Source of the DNA: Octopus vulgaris
Taxonomy: Eukaryota
Length of the DNA: 64,000 nt
Reading direction: 5' to 3'
Assembly: GCA_951406725.2 (NCBI GenBank)
Contig: OX597832.1
Span: forward strand, 33,790,001 to 33,854,000
Position 1 is the stretch's first letter. Each line of letters opens with the position of its first letter. A model generated the notes under the pieces. It did not search any database and was not told where the DNA came from. It worked only from the letters and a program-made list of their open reading frames with translations. The translations under genes were made by a program, and so were the position numbers. Positions 13,390 to 26,689 of the stretch are shown one piece after another.

Positions 13390-13800
13390 AAGAGGGTCAA
13401 ACTGACACGATTCAAAAGTAGCATTTATTTATTCTAGGATTCCATAAGAGAGACCAAAAAAATTTAGAAGTAGTTTTTCGCGATTTACGTTTATACTGTA
13501 AATTACTTGCACGAATCAGCCACCATTGTATATCGAGTGTTCGTTATACAACCCTTGGTAGCGGCGTTCAAGATCCAGTGTATCTTAGTGGATGCGCTTG
13601 CTTTGTACCTCTGAGTACACCCCTCCCTGTTCTTCTTGAAGGCATCAAGATGAACATCAACGATATAAAGTTTGAGGGACATCCTGCGGCCCATTTTCCT
13701 ACACTTCTTCACCAGGGTCTCAACATGCTCTACATGGTTTCCGGCTTCGTGATTCCTTAGGAGGCACCGAACCACAGAAACAAAGCTGTTCCACGTGGCT
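13390..13800 (-). pseudogene. Chapaev-type (CMC) DNA transposase C-terminal relic
   Basis: LLRNHEAGNHVEHVETLVKKCRKMGRRMSLKLYIVDVHLDAFKKN, then frameshifted SEVQSKRIH*DTLDLERRYQG, matches the FLGN..A.NY...MSLK.H.L..HLD.F..N.GA.SDEQGERFHQDI..RYQG pattern. Confidence 0.7.
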
Positions 13801-14368
13801 TCCTCCGACCAAGCGAGCTTCTTTGAGAATTTCTTGCAATCTACGATTTTTAATTGGAGTAAGAATTATAAAAGATAAAAATACACGCACCCATATTCTC
13901 ACATTACATACACATAAAAACCTCCTGCTTTCATAACGTCTACATGCGTACACACTCACACAAACATGTATGTATATATATATATACCCATACACACAAA
14001 AAACATATATGTGCATTTACGTACTCATACACATATCCACATACACACACGCGCAGACACACACACACAATTAAAAATGAAAAAAATGAAAATACATACA
14101 AAACAAATGGAAGACTTGTACAGGAACATAGTAGAAATGCAGATTCTATCCGTGATCTTGTGGGGACCCAAAACTGTAACAGGCATTTTGTCATATGTGG
14201 ACAAAAAGTTAATTTCTTTAATTCAGACATGTAGCGGGGTCCAAGGAACTTTTCTAGATGAGCCGCTCTTTGCTCCGGCATTTGAAACTCTGAGTCCTAA
14301 TATGACAACTTACAGATTATCCTTAACTAATATATATATATATACATATAGTGAAATACTACAGGCAG

Positions 14369-14605
14369 TGAAGACGCGTGGCTCAGTGGTTAGAGCGTCG
14401 AGCTTACGATTGTAAGTTTGTGAGTTCGATTTCCGGACCTAGTTGCGTGTTGTCTGGATAACATCTGTAACATGACAAGGGGAGGCTGGTATGCATGGCC
14501 AAATGCTGGTCTTCCATAAATAAACTTTCCCGGACTTTTGTCTCGGAGGATAACTTTCTAGGTGCAATCTCATGGTCATTCATGACCGAAGTAGGGTTAC
14601 CCCTT
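14369..14605 (+). mobile_element. tRNA-derived SINE family C
   Basis: tggctcagtggttagagcg A-box and gagttcgatttcc B-box; catggtcattcatgaccgaa tail. Confidence 0.7.
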
Positions 14606-16156
14606 TTACTACTGGAGCAAAATACATGGGAACAACATGCAAGTGTATTAGTTTAACGCTCGGAAAAACTGAAAAGTCTTTGACAAATATCCAGTGTAGC
14701 CGCTGTCCAATTACTTGAATAATCAATGGATAAAATTTATGTATATTATCAATGAGATTTAGAGATATTCGGTATAGAAAACATTTACTAGCGCTCAATT
14801 GATTCGAAATTAAACACACACACAGATATATACATATTTGTAAACGAACCAGAAGGCTTTGTAATTTACAGAGAAAAGCAACTACGGAAGTTTATTAGAA
14901 CAATTATAACTATGCAGTAATAATAATATATATATATTCCAATTTAAAGCGACATTTATATATAAACAATTGACTGAAAAATGATCACCTAATCCAAGCC
15001 TGGATCGAACCATAAGAAGTGGCCATCCACACGATGATCCGATCGGGAAGGTCCGAGGAATAGTCAGAGATGACCTTTTGAGCACGTCTCGTATTAAGTT
15101 GGTGGGCTGTGATTTGAGAAAGAATTCGATATCAAATCTACCATGCGGGACTACTTCGTAGATACTCGTCTCTCTACTTCACTCTGTTGATTGTTGGTGA
15201 TGGTAATGATGGCGAGGGTGTTGGAGATGCTGCTGCCGTTCGCGGTCGTGTTGATTGGAGTATTTTTGCTGCTGTCGCTGTGCCGGTCTTGTTGCTTGTG
15301 ATCAGAGTGATGCTAGTGGTGGTGGTGGTGCTGATGATTTTGGTTGTAGTGGTGGTGCGTTTAGTTGTATGGTGGCGATGATACTGGTGGTGGTGGTGGT
15401 GGTGGTATCAGGGTTGTTGCCGTCGGGGAGGTGGTGGGATGTTCGTGGGTCATAGGTCGAATCTAAGTTAGCACTGATTCGATAAGGAGAGATCGCCCTC
15501 ACCCCCTCTCTCTATTTGAAGAAACATAAGATGAGGTTTAGCAGAGAAAACAAACTGGTGTAGTGAAGATGTTGCATAGGAAAGTCATCAGAGAATGAGG
15601 ATTAGTTCTGACGACTGAGCTATTTACGAAAGAGGCAAACATCTTTAGCAGAATAAACACGTTACATTATGAAGGCATTAAACATGGCGTCCGCTGTGAT
15701 CAACTCGTAAAAACAGGAATGAAACGAAAATAGACAGCCAACGGAAGATGTAACACAAAGTCAAAGAAAATGAAAGGAAATTAGGAGAGGAGGAAACAAA
15801 GAGGAGTGAAAGTATGTAAGAATAAAAGAAAAAGAAGAGGAGAAAAATCAACCATGTAAGCAGTAAAGAAGGAAAGCAAAAGAAACGTTTAAAAGAAAAG
15901 AATAAATTCAAAAATAGAAAAAGATGCGAGAAAAGAGGGAATGAGATTACGAATGTATGGAAAGTCAGGGGGAAAATGAGGTCGTGTTTTCTTGAAAACT
16001 TCAAAAACTGAACATTGTACGAACAAGTATGAACGAATTCTTCGCTTTTAATGACCAAACACATGTTGCTCTTGTATAAATATTTACACTTAGATATGTG
16101 TCTACCAAAAATATGTTTGTGTTCATCACTGTGTCTGAGTTACGATGTATAAATGT

Positions 16157-16229
<73 letters not shown>

Positions 16230-16240
16230 GAGATAGATAT

Positions 16241-16297
<57 letters not shown>

Positions 16298-16501
16298 GAG
16301 ATAGAGAGATATATAGATAGATAGATAGAGAGATAGATAGATAGAGAGATAGATAGAGGGATATAGATATATTGGTATATACAAATAGATATCAATCTGT
16401 GTATGTGTTTGTGTGTGTGTTTGCATATCAATATGCATTATCAGAATGTATATGCATGTGCACATGTATTTGTGTATGATGCATAGAACATATGAATGCG
16501 A

Positions 16502-16572
<71 letters not shown>

Positions 16573-16758
16573 TACATACCTATAAATATATATGTAGATA
16601 GATCGGTAGATATAGACAGACAGGCAGACAGACAGACAGATAGCTAGATAGATGGATGGATAGCTAGCTAGCTAGCTAGCTAGATAGATAGATGGATGGA
16701 TGGATGGTTGGATGGATGGATGGGTGCGTGGGTATGTGAATGGATGGATGGATGGTTG

Positions 16759-16842
<84 letters not shown>

Positions 16843-16889
16843 TGTTGACTGATAGACAGACAAATATCATACTAAGTAAAGGTAAAAAG

Positions 16890-17090
16890 CTTTTGGTCAT
16901 GAATGGACATGGACATTTGCATCCGAGGCACAAGTCTGTTCAAGGCCACTTATAGAAGACCGATACAGGTTGGCACTTGTGATGTCGCAACTCGTTTCTA
17001 TAGCTGAGTGAAACAGTCCGATCTGAAAGTCGAACTCACTATTTCATGATTGTGAGCTCGATGCTCTAAGCACTGAGCCATGCGCCTCCA
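16890..17090 (-). mobile_element. Internally deleted SINE family C copy
   Basis: gctctaagcactgagccatgcgcctcca is the reverse complement of the tRNA head; ttggtcatgaatg at ~16893 matches the tail of 14369-14605. Confidence 0.6.
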
Positions 17091-17146
17091 GATAAAAGAA
17101 ACGAGATATACGTACTTCTATCTGCATACGTATATGCATGTGTTTG

Positions 17147-17191
<45 letters not shown>

Positions 17192-17688
17192 TGCATGAAG
17201 CATAAATAGGAAGAAAGAAAACTAGCAAGATAATCAGATATACAAAGCAGGCGTTTTAGGTATATATATGTGTACAAGTATAATTATCTTTATATATATG
17301 GGAAGAGAGAAAGAAATAGATGTATATAGACGTATTTGTGGTTCTATGTATATGCACACATATAAGATATATATATATATAAATAATGCCTATATATATG
17401 CATGTAAGTATAGGTATTCATATGTATGTATGCGTCTTTGCATATGTGTGTTTGTGTGCGTTAGAATATGCGTATGTGTTAAGATAGAGTCGTTTTGGGA
17501 ATGTGATATTGTCCTTCTTTGCCATCATCCGATACCAACATTGCTCTAATCACTACAGAATGGAAACAATAATTAGCAATAAGAGAGTGGCGTCAATTAA
17601 CTTGTCTTCAGTTACAACACAACTTTGCTTTTTCACTGACAATATTTACATAAATATATACACACACACACAACCATATGTAGAAAGA

Positions 17689-17722
<34 letters not shown>

Positions 17723-17814
17723 TGTATGTGTATGATTGTGTATTTGCGTCACTTTGTGTGTGTATATTTACATATATAAGCCTGTATGGACCCATGTATG
17801 TATGTTATAGATTT

Positions 17815-17852
<38 letters not shown>

Positions 17853-18599
17853 GCATTGATTAAAAAATATATATAGTGATACCTATCGGCAATGCTTTAT
17901 CTATGCTTATATATCTAAACGTGTCTATAAATGTATAAGTACATTTCTGCACGTACATACATCTTTATACGTGTGTTTGTGTAGGTATGCACATACACAC
18001 ACACACACGCACACACACACACACAAGCGCACTCCCGTCCATTACTAGCGTATGTGTTTGTATGTGTGTGTTCCTGCCAACACATCCATATAGAAGCCAA
18101 TAAATCCATATTGACATTCTTCTTCTCACGCTGAATTCCTCTTTTATAATCTTTATATATTTTGAAGCTTTTCTGATGTGCTCTCTTTATGTACAGCCGA
18201 GTCTTTATACATCCATTATATTGAATACAATTGCCGTATAGTGTCTTTCTCTCTGTAGTGAAAACAGCAATAATCCTTCGCTTCTTCGACGTTAACGTTT
18301 TACAGGCTCTGACAGATATTATGTAAACATGTTTGTCATATGAAGTTATAGAAAAACATTGATTACCAACGAAATTTGTTTGCTGGAGCCAATATCTAAT
18401 ATGAAAAACATTAAAGCATACACTAATAGAGCCGTACAAGCATACATGCATGCGTGAGAAGCGTGTATAAGCACGTGTGTGTGTGTATGTATGCATCTCT
18501 TTCTACCTCCCTTTCTCCTTCCCTCTCTCCTCCATATAATATTTATAGAGATGGATAAATATAGATAGACATATATATAGATATACATGAACTCACAGA

Positions 18600-18671
<72 letters not shown>

Positions 18672-19049
18672 TATATATATGTATATATGTATGTATGTAT
18701 GTCAGTGTGTATAAATATCTGTGTCCTTGCTCGCGAATGGATTGTCCTCACATGTCCTAGTTAACCCATAGCTGAGATACTGGCATGTGCTACAACTGGG
18801 GGACAGGGTATAAATAGGGACTAAGAAATGGTTACCTGTGACAGTGGAGTCAATGAGAGTATTTGTTCCAGCAACGACTGCCCTTCAGAAAATTATGGGT
18901 TATTGACAGGAGATGTTCTCTCTATCTTTCACCATTGATCTCTGGCAAAAACAAAATAACGTAAAAAGCTGCGTCGCAAGTGGCGTGGATAATTATTTGC
19001 CCTGTGAACTAAACATATTTTCTCCAGGTGCCATTCAGCACTTTTAGAA

Positions 19050-19705
19050 TGGCGATACAAGTCTAGACATGATAATGTCGGTAAATTCATTGCTAAATGT
19101 GTGGGATTTGAAATAGTTATGGAACTGCCAGAATGATCGTCACTCGAAAGTATCAGATTTCCAAAGTGAAGTGGTGCCTCAGAAAAACAACAGCAGTGAT
19201 TGACTCGTTCTCTCTATTCAACAAACCTTTGAGTGGGTGATATAAATAAATATGAAGGGTATGTTCATATTTGTAGAAGATGTGGCTTTGACACTGCGCC
19301 GGCAAGTCATGGTTCCTCTAACCAGAAATACAAAAACAAAAATCCAGTGGAAAGTTAAAGAATCGTAAGAACTTAAAATACCAGGACTTGGAAAGAGATG
19401 TTCTTGCTCGCAGGCTAGGAGATGGAATCATTCTGCTGTAAAGTTGGTTGTGTCGGATTTACAAAAGGACAAGCGGAATGTTACTTGCAGGAGATGAATT
19501 TGGAACCCAAACAACCGAAGAATGCTACGAGAGCGGAGGAAAGGTCAGGGGGTACAGCAGGCCCCAGTGCAAGTTACTAACGAACCCTTCTGTAAATGAA
19601 TTGACTTCTAGTTGGCGCATAAGATACAGTGAAAGAAATAAGCATCTTAAATCATTCGAAAGTTTCAATCATCAGCGAAGAAAACGCTTGCCACATGTTT
19701 AAGTA
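19050..19705 (+). pseudogene. Decayed RTE-like LINE RT fragment
   Basis: GMFIFVEDVALTL resembles LLFADDAAL; KHLKSFESFNHQRRKRLPHV resembles RHIKLLERFHQRCLRxIL. Confidence 0.4.
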
Positions 19706-19709
19706 GTTC

Positions 19710-20430
19710 ATGCAGCAACTACATGGAGCGATACGCCTTGGGATCTCCGAAAAAGGAAGCATATGAGATTAATAGACAAACAACATAACAAATGAAACAC
19801 CACGAAGTACCTCAATGGAAGAAATCCCTCAGAGATAGAAAGTTCGCCTTTTGGAAGATGATCCAAAACAAGAACAAAGCGGATATATACAAAAGGTGGC
19901 TGAGTAGGGCACCGTTCATTCTCCCCCGCAAACTCCAGATCAAAGCCATTATAGATGAACCTGAGGCACAAATACGCCTTAGGGGAAAAATATCGCTGGA
20001 AAAAAATGAAGATGGAAGTAGAACTTCTAAAATTGAGGGCTTAGTCGAATGAAAATGAAGAGATCAACGATGGAAAAAAGCGCCACTGGGTTTTCAAACT
20101 ATGAAACTATCTTTCAAAAAGAATACGCTTCCAGCAACATTTTTGCTAATAAGAAGAAAATCAAGGAAGATTCAAACACAGGTTCACACCATAATTTATT
20201 TAGTTTTCTTTGCGTGAAAAACTGTTTCAAAGAAGTCGCGTCTTGTCCTTACCTTCGATGCGCGGAGTAGATAAAACAGGAGACAATTGAAGAATGAGAT
20301 TATTTCTTGTGTTGTATGTCTTATACTCTGTTCTTTCGTTGTTTGAAAAATAATTCGTTTCCATGTTTTTGTATTTATCTTTTCGTTTCTCATTGTGTTC
20401 AATGTTTTTTTGATGTCCTGTACCCATATA
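19710..20430 (+). pseudogene. PLE N-terminal ORF relic joined to a putative 3' terminal repeat (deletion derivative)
   Basis: 20060-20180 is homologous to 40545-40665, which lies directly upstream of a PLE RT; 20250-20430 is homologous to 30315-30485. Confidence 0.6.
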
Positions 20431-20685
20431 TGCATGTATATATATATATACATATAGATGTAGGCATGTACATATATGTATGTATATATGAATATATTTA
20501 TATGTTACTTATATTATATATATATATAGGACGGGATTCTTTCACTTTCCATCGAGGCTGTAGAAAACACTTGCCGAAGGTGTCACGCGGTTGTACTAAT
20601 CCCGGAACCATGTGATTGGGAAGTATTACTGTTACAACATAGTCTCACCTGCACCTATATATATACTTATATATATATATATATA

Positions 20686-20713
<28 letters not shown>

Positions 20714-20720
<7 letters not shown>

Positions 20721-21176
20721 TATATAGAAGGAGCTTCTACAGGACTAGTACTGTTTCATTCAAGAGAAATCTTCAGGAAGCTATTTAACAAGAATTGTAT
20801 TAGCATTTATACATTTAGAGGAGTGGTGGTGGGGGACTTTTTGGGGGTAGGCATAGCGCAAAATATCATACTTGGGGGAGTGGTCAAGGTAATAAAAAAA
20901 TAAAAAAATAAATAAAAAATAAAAAAATAAAAAGATAAAATAAAAGAATAAAAATAAAAAATATAAAAAATATAAAAAATATAAAAAATATAAAAAATAT
21001 AAAAAATATATATAAAAAAATATATAAAAAAATATATATATATAAAATATATATATAAAAAATATATATATAAAAAAAGGGGCGATAGAGTTATAGGTAA
21101 ATAAGGAGATTCTCACTTATACCTATACACACATGTATACGTATCTACACACACATACGCACATACACATATATCT

Positions 21177-21233
<57 letters not shown>

Positions 21234-21354
21234 CATTTCTCTTGAATGAAACAGTACTAGTCCTGTAGAAGCTCCTTCTATATAATAAATTAATTTTACT
21301 CTGCTATGTATTGAGTACCTTACTTACTGTGGTTAACCCCGAATCAACCCGGGA

Positions 21355-21358
<4 letters not shown>
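20714..21358. mobile_element. Inverted pair of hammerhead-bearing PLE termini plus ~70-bp tail, in (TA)n
   Basis: ~20715-20770 is the reverse complement of 21235-21290; minus strand reads CTGAAGA-tttctcttgaat-GAAAC-agtacta-GTC. Confidence 0.7.
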
Positions 21359-21409
<51 letters not shown>

Positions 21410-21431
21410 ATATGTATGTATGTATGTATGA

Positions 21432-21480
<49 letters not shown>

Positions 21481-21640
21481 TAAGTATATAAAAAAAAATA
21501 TCTCTCAGCAATTCTCTCACCTTGAGGAAAATTTCTCCCTCGTTTTCATTTCTTAGCAAATTCTATTTTTCTCTCTGTTTCTTACACTAAAAACAACCAC
21601 AAGGTAACAGCAGCGGTCGTCACCAGTCAAATTTCACACG

Positions 21641-21677
<37 letters not shown>

Positions 21678-22595
21678 TTGTGTGTGGGTGTGTGACAACG
21701 CACGCACACCTACGGACTTACACCCACAGAAGCGCGCACACGCACGTACAGAGTCACACACACGCGCGCGCACGAACACGCACACTCAGACATATACATA
21801 ACGCACAAGCACACACACACACACACATATACGAACGAATAAAATACAGAAACATATACACATGGCGAACACGAAAAAAAGAAAAGAAATGAAAAAACCA
21901 GAAAAGAGAAAGAAATAATGCCAACCGAAACTTAATACGTTGTAACCGCTGATGAATTGTAGACTAACGCCTTCTTTATGAGAAACACTTAGGCGAAAAA
22001 GCAATTTTAAACATTAATCGAATTTTCAATAAAAGTATTGAAGCCCAAACTTATATTTAGAATTATGAGTGTATGAGTGAGTGTGTGTGTGTGTGAGGGT
22101 GTGTATATATATATGTGCGTGTGTGTGTCTAGGGAAACATATTTCAACATTTACTAATAAACATTTCTGAGCCTCTCTAGGAACGTGCGGAAAAAGTTAA
22201 ATTTATTCAAATGTACGCACATAGCGTTATGTCGGTATGAAAGCATGTATTTCTCCGCGTTCACATATGGGTGTGTTTGTATGTGTGCATGTATTTAGCT
22301 ACATATACACACACGCACAAACACATATATATATATATATGGATAATGCATCTCCACATTGTAGGATATGTTATTAGACAGATAGATATACATACATACA
22401 TGCATACATACATACATACATATATAGAAAGACTTATTGATATAAGCATATATGACGTATACATGCTTATGGATATACTTAGAAGTACACACTCACGCAT
22501 GTCTATGCTATAGTGGTGTGTGACTGTATGTTTTTTGTGAGTGCGTGTATGCGTCCAAGCGGATAAATTATGTAATACTGAATCAATAAAGATGC

Positions 22596-22679
<84 letters not shown>

Positions 22680-23171
22680 GTATATGTAAATATATGTATA
22701 TATATGTGTATGTATGTATGTATGTATGTATGTGCACACGCACACACATGTATATATATGTCCGTGCGTATACTCGCACCCGCACACACGCAGGCACTCA
22801 GGTATAAACAAACATACATGTCTTTATACGTAAATACATTTATTACCTGCTTTGCAAAAGAAAAGGAAACTATCTTTTCAATCATCTTTATCAATTAATA
22901 TGAAATATAGTTAACATTCGTCTTCTTCTTCTTCTTTCTAAAATATATTTATCATATATTTAAACTAATATACTTTAAGACGTACACTTTAGATAGTTTT
23001 CTATATTTCAACTCATTGAATTATTTTCAATTCATTTTCTCCGAGTATTCTTTCATATTCGATATTTTTTTGTTATTGTTTATGTTATTCCATTTCCAGT
23101 TTTATATTAACATCATCTGGATTTTCCTAACTCTTCTTCTTCTTCTTCTTCTTCTTCTTCTTCTTCTTCTT

Positions 23172-23269
<98 letters not shown>

Positions 23270-23444
23270 TGGTGTTTTTATTTGTTATTACTATTATTAT
23301 TTTAAAATAACTACAGGCCGTATTCCTATCTAAAACCCACTAACCAGTTTAGTGTTCATGTTGGTGGTTGAACCTGTACGTATAAGTACATACACAGACA
23401 TACACATACACACAAACGCACGAACATATGTATATATTTACGTG

Positions 23445-23476
<32 letters not shown>

Positions 23477-23629
23477 CATACATATATATGCATATATATA
23501 TATGTATATATATATATGTATGTATGTATGTATATACATATATATGAACGTACATGCACATATACACACACACGCACACACACACACGCACACAATCACA
23601 CACGCACATACACACACGCACGCACACAA

Positions 23630-23685
<56 letters not shown>

Positions 23686-23882
23686 CACAGACATGATTAA
23701 TTTCTTTATAAATTACTTGTTTGATGAAACCTTTTATTTTTGTCTTAAAATATCGACTTATTTTATTTACGAAATTTATTAAAATTTTTAAGCCAACGTA
23801 GTTTCATAGCTCATTTGCTTGTCTCCGCCATGTTTTTGCACAATATGTTTAATGAATAACGGATATCGCTACGGGTCTCCAT

Positions 23883-23923
<41 letters not shown>

Positions 23924-24065
23924 TGATTTTGCCGCCGATCGCGCGCGTTTGCGTCCCTGTGTGCATGTGTCTGAACGTATGTGCGAATCTGTATGTGCCT
24001 TTGTTTCCGTATATGTGCATGTGATAGTGCGCATGCGACATGAAACATACACACACACACACACA

Positions 24066-24235
24066 GAGGTAATCCCCCACAAAACGAACAAAAATCAAGA
24101 AAAACAACACCGCGAGCACGTGGTATATGCAAAATATTAGCAGAAGCTCAAGGAAGGAAAGAAAGGTTGCTTTAAGTTTCGTGCAAAGTTCTTCTTCAGA
24201 AACAGGAGAGAGAGGAAAGTCCCAGAGAAAAGACT
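24066..24235 (-). mobile_element. Decayed copy of hammerhead-bearing terminal repeat family H2
   Basis: Homologous to 25046-25260; minus strand CTGAAGA...GAAACTTA. Confidence 0.6.
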
Positions 24236-25003
24236 GACGAAATATTGCTAAGCATTTCGCCCGGCGTGCTAGCGCTTCCGACAGCTTCCTGCCTTATGAT
24301 GTATCCATGTTGAAATACCTGTAAACTTCTTAGTAACAAGAATCAATATCGTTATATTGTAAATCAAGGCATCAGAATGCTACCAAAATATTATTCAGCA
24401 TCCGACATACTACGAGAGACGTTAAAGAATGGCTGGTTCTGCAAATAAAAACCAACTAAAAATTAGCTGTTGCTCCCGCAAAATTCCATTGTCCTTTAAA
24501 TATACGACACAACTTTACATCTACTCCCATTTTCTCTCTCACATTCACTCCAGCATCCCAGCAGAAATGTTTTCCTCGCGTGTATATGTCTACCTATATG
24601 CGAGAATGTGTGTGCGTCTGTATGCGTGTGTGTGTGTGTGTACGTGTGTGTGTGTATGTGTGTGTGTATGTGTGTGTGTGTATGCGTGTAGCTATGTATA
24701 AGAATGTGTGGCGGGGGTAGTGTCTACAAATGCGGTTTTAATTATCTGCGTATATTTCTGGCTGCGTCTCAGTATTTTCCTGTTAGACGAAAACGTCTCC
24801 TATTCGCTGTTCTTGGTCAACCTTTCAACAGCAAAATTACTGAGCTTGCATCATAATGTCAGGTGAAAAAACAACGATCAAATATTAAGGTACCTGAAGA
24901 CACCATTATCAGCCGTTAATTTCTCCGCTCATCAAAGCTATAGCAAGAATGTAATTCTCTAACGACTAGGCTCTCAGACACACGCATGTATAGAGAAATA
25001 TAT

Positions 25004-25045
<42 letters not shown>

Positions 25046-25048
<3 letters not shown>

Positions 25049-25260
25049 TAATCCAAACACGAAAAGAAAAAAACAAAACACAACAACGCGAGCACGTGGA
25101 ACAAGTATAGTGTTATTGGACGATCAGGAAAGGAAAGAAAGAAGGGGGATTTAACGTTTCGAGCGGATCTCATCGTCAGAAACATAGGTAAGGGAAAGAT
25201 CCAAGGAAGGGAAGGCGGAGGAGAAAAACATCGCCAACGATCCACACACGGTCGCATTTT
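25046..25260 (-). mobile_element. Hammerhead-bearing PLE terminal repeat (family H2)
   Basis: Minus strand gttt-CTGACGA-tgagatccgctc-GAAAC-GTT-aaat (25183-25149); abuts (TA)n; further copies at 24066 and 45531. Confidence 0.75.
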
Positions 25261-25269
25261 GAATATATA

Positions 25270-25410
25270 TATATTAGTATATAGCAGAAGTAACACAGTG
25301 ACACAAGATCCGAAAGTTTCGTGCGTTGGCACTAATCAAACTTTGATAAGTGCCAACGCACGAAATCTTGGATCTTGAATCACTGTTACTTCTAATTATT
25401 ATTATAATAT
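25270..25410. mobile_element. Almost spacer-less palindrome of two decayed hammerhead-like arms
   Basis: agaagtaacacagtgacacaagatcc...tttcgtgcgttggcactaatcaa pairs with ttgataagtgccaacgcacgaaa...ggatcttgaatcactgttacttct; core TTGATAA-gtgc-caac-gcac-GAAA. Confidence 0.65.
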
Positions 25411-25777
25411 AAATATATATATACATATACTCATATTTTGAGTCCTATTCTTCTTGTTTGCAATTCTGAGCTATTTTTCATTATTTTTTCTAAAAATACT
25501 CTAGTAAACACGGTTATAGAGCGAGCATACAGATGTAAGCATTGGCAAAAACATACATTTAGTGCATATAAGTAGTCTCTATCATTATATATAAATTAAA
25601 CTTTAATTTCCTTTATATTTAACTTTCACTATTAATATCCCTACTCTTTCTGTTAGCTACTTATGACGTTATATCATATAACGTTTTTTTAAAACAATAT
25701 TAATAGCGTTCTGTCTATCGCTATACAAATCCATCATTTTTTGCTAAAATGTCGTATTGACGAGTTTCGTTTTTTTC

Positions 25778-25863
25778 ACTTTCCCGAAGAGAAGATTGCA
25801 TTGTTTATACAATTTATTCTTTTAAATAGTATCAGTGGAATTTTCGAAACATGTGTCGAAAGT
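25778..25863 (+). ncRNA. Type-I hammerhead ribozyme motif with one core mutation (family H1, diverged member)
   Basis: ACTTTC-CCGAAGA-gaagattgca...tggaattttc-GAAAC-ATGT-GTC-GAAAGT; stem I is perfect; downstream tail to ~26060 is homologous to 47072-47276. Confidence 0.7.
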
Positions 25864-26055
25864 AAAAATACTTGTTTACACCTGCGTTAACTCCATTTTT
25901 TATTCATATTATTCAAAATATTCAACGTAAACACGAAGTTTCAACCTCTATAACAAGGAGTTACAACACCTTTGCTTGAGAGATTTTTGCTGCCCTGGTA
26001 ACTATTTATTTATTTTTCCGTGTTAATTGTTAACAAGGTAAAAATACACTCATCA

Positions 26056-26114
<59 letters not shown>

Positions 26115-26116
<2 letters not shown>

Positions 26117-26637
26117 ATAAAGTGAAGTTGTAAGATACTGCACAGGTGGAAATATATATGAAAGAATATTTGAAAATGCAATTTTAAAGAAACTTGACCG
26201 GTTTCACCTTTTTAGAAAAAGATTGTCAAAAGCAAAATGTAAAGCTTTGTATAAGCTTTGTTGCGTTAAGTACTGGTTGTCCCAAAATATCAAAATACAT
26301 ATATATACATTCTTTGATAATAATAAGAAAATGTTAAAAAACAGTTTACAAGGAAATATCTGAGAAAAAAATATTAAACAAAAAGTATTAGGAGTTCAAT
26401 AAAAATCATGTTTGCTTTGAATTATCTATATATATATACACAGAAAAAGTACTAGGAGTTCAATAAACACGTTTCTTTTATAGTATATACATACACAGAA
26501 GGAGATATACTTAGAAGTTTACAAATAATTTAAGATGAACCAACCTATTTTAGCATTTTTTAACAATCTTTTTCTAAAAAATGTGAAACAGGTCAAGTGA
26601 ATAAACATCTTTAAAATTGCCTTTTCAAACCTTCTTT

Positions 26638-26642
<5 letters not shown>
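26115..26642. mobile_element. Diverged inverted pair of PLE-like termini with decayed hammerhead
   Basis: ~26155-26235 is an approximate reverse complement of ~26550-26645; GAAACCGGTC / GAAACAGGTC ends; flanked by (TA)n. Confidence 0.55.

Positions 26643-26689
<47 letters not shown>

Noticed and set aside
14369-14440. tRNA-like sequences at SINE heads (also 12771, 44490-44551, 44571)
   Set aside because: No complete cloverleaf or acceptor stem; they continue into SINE bodies
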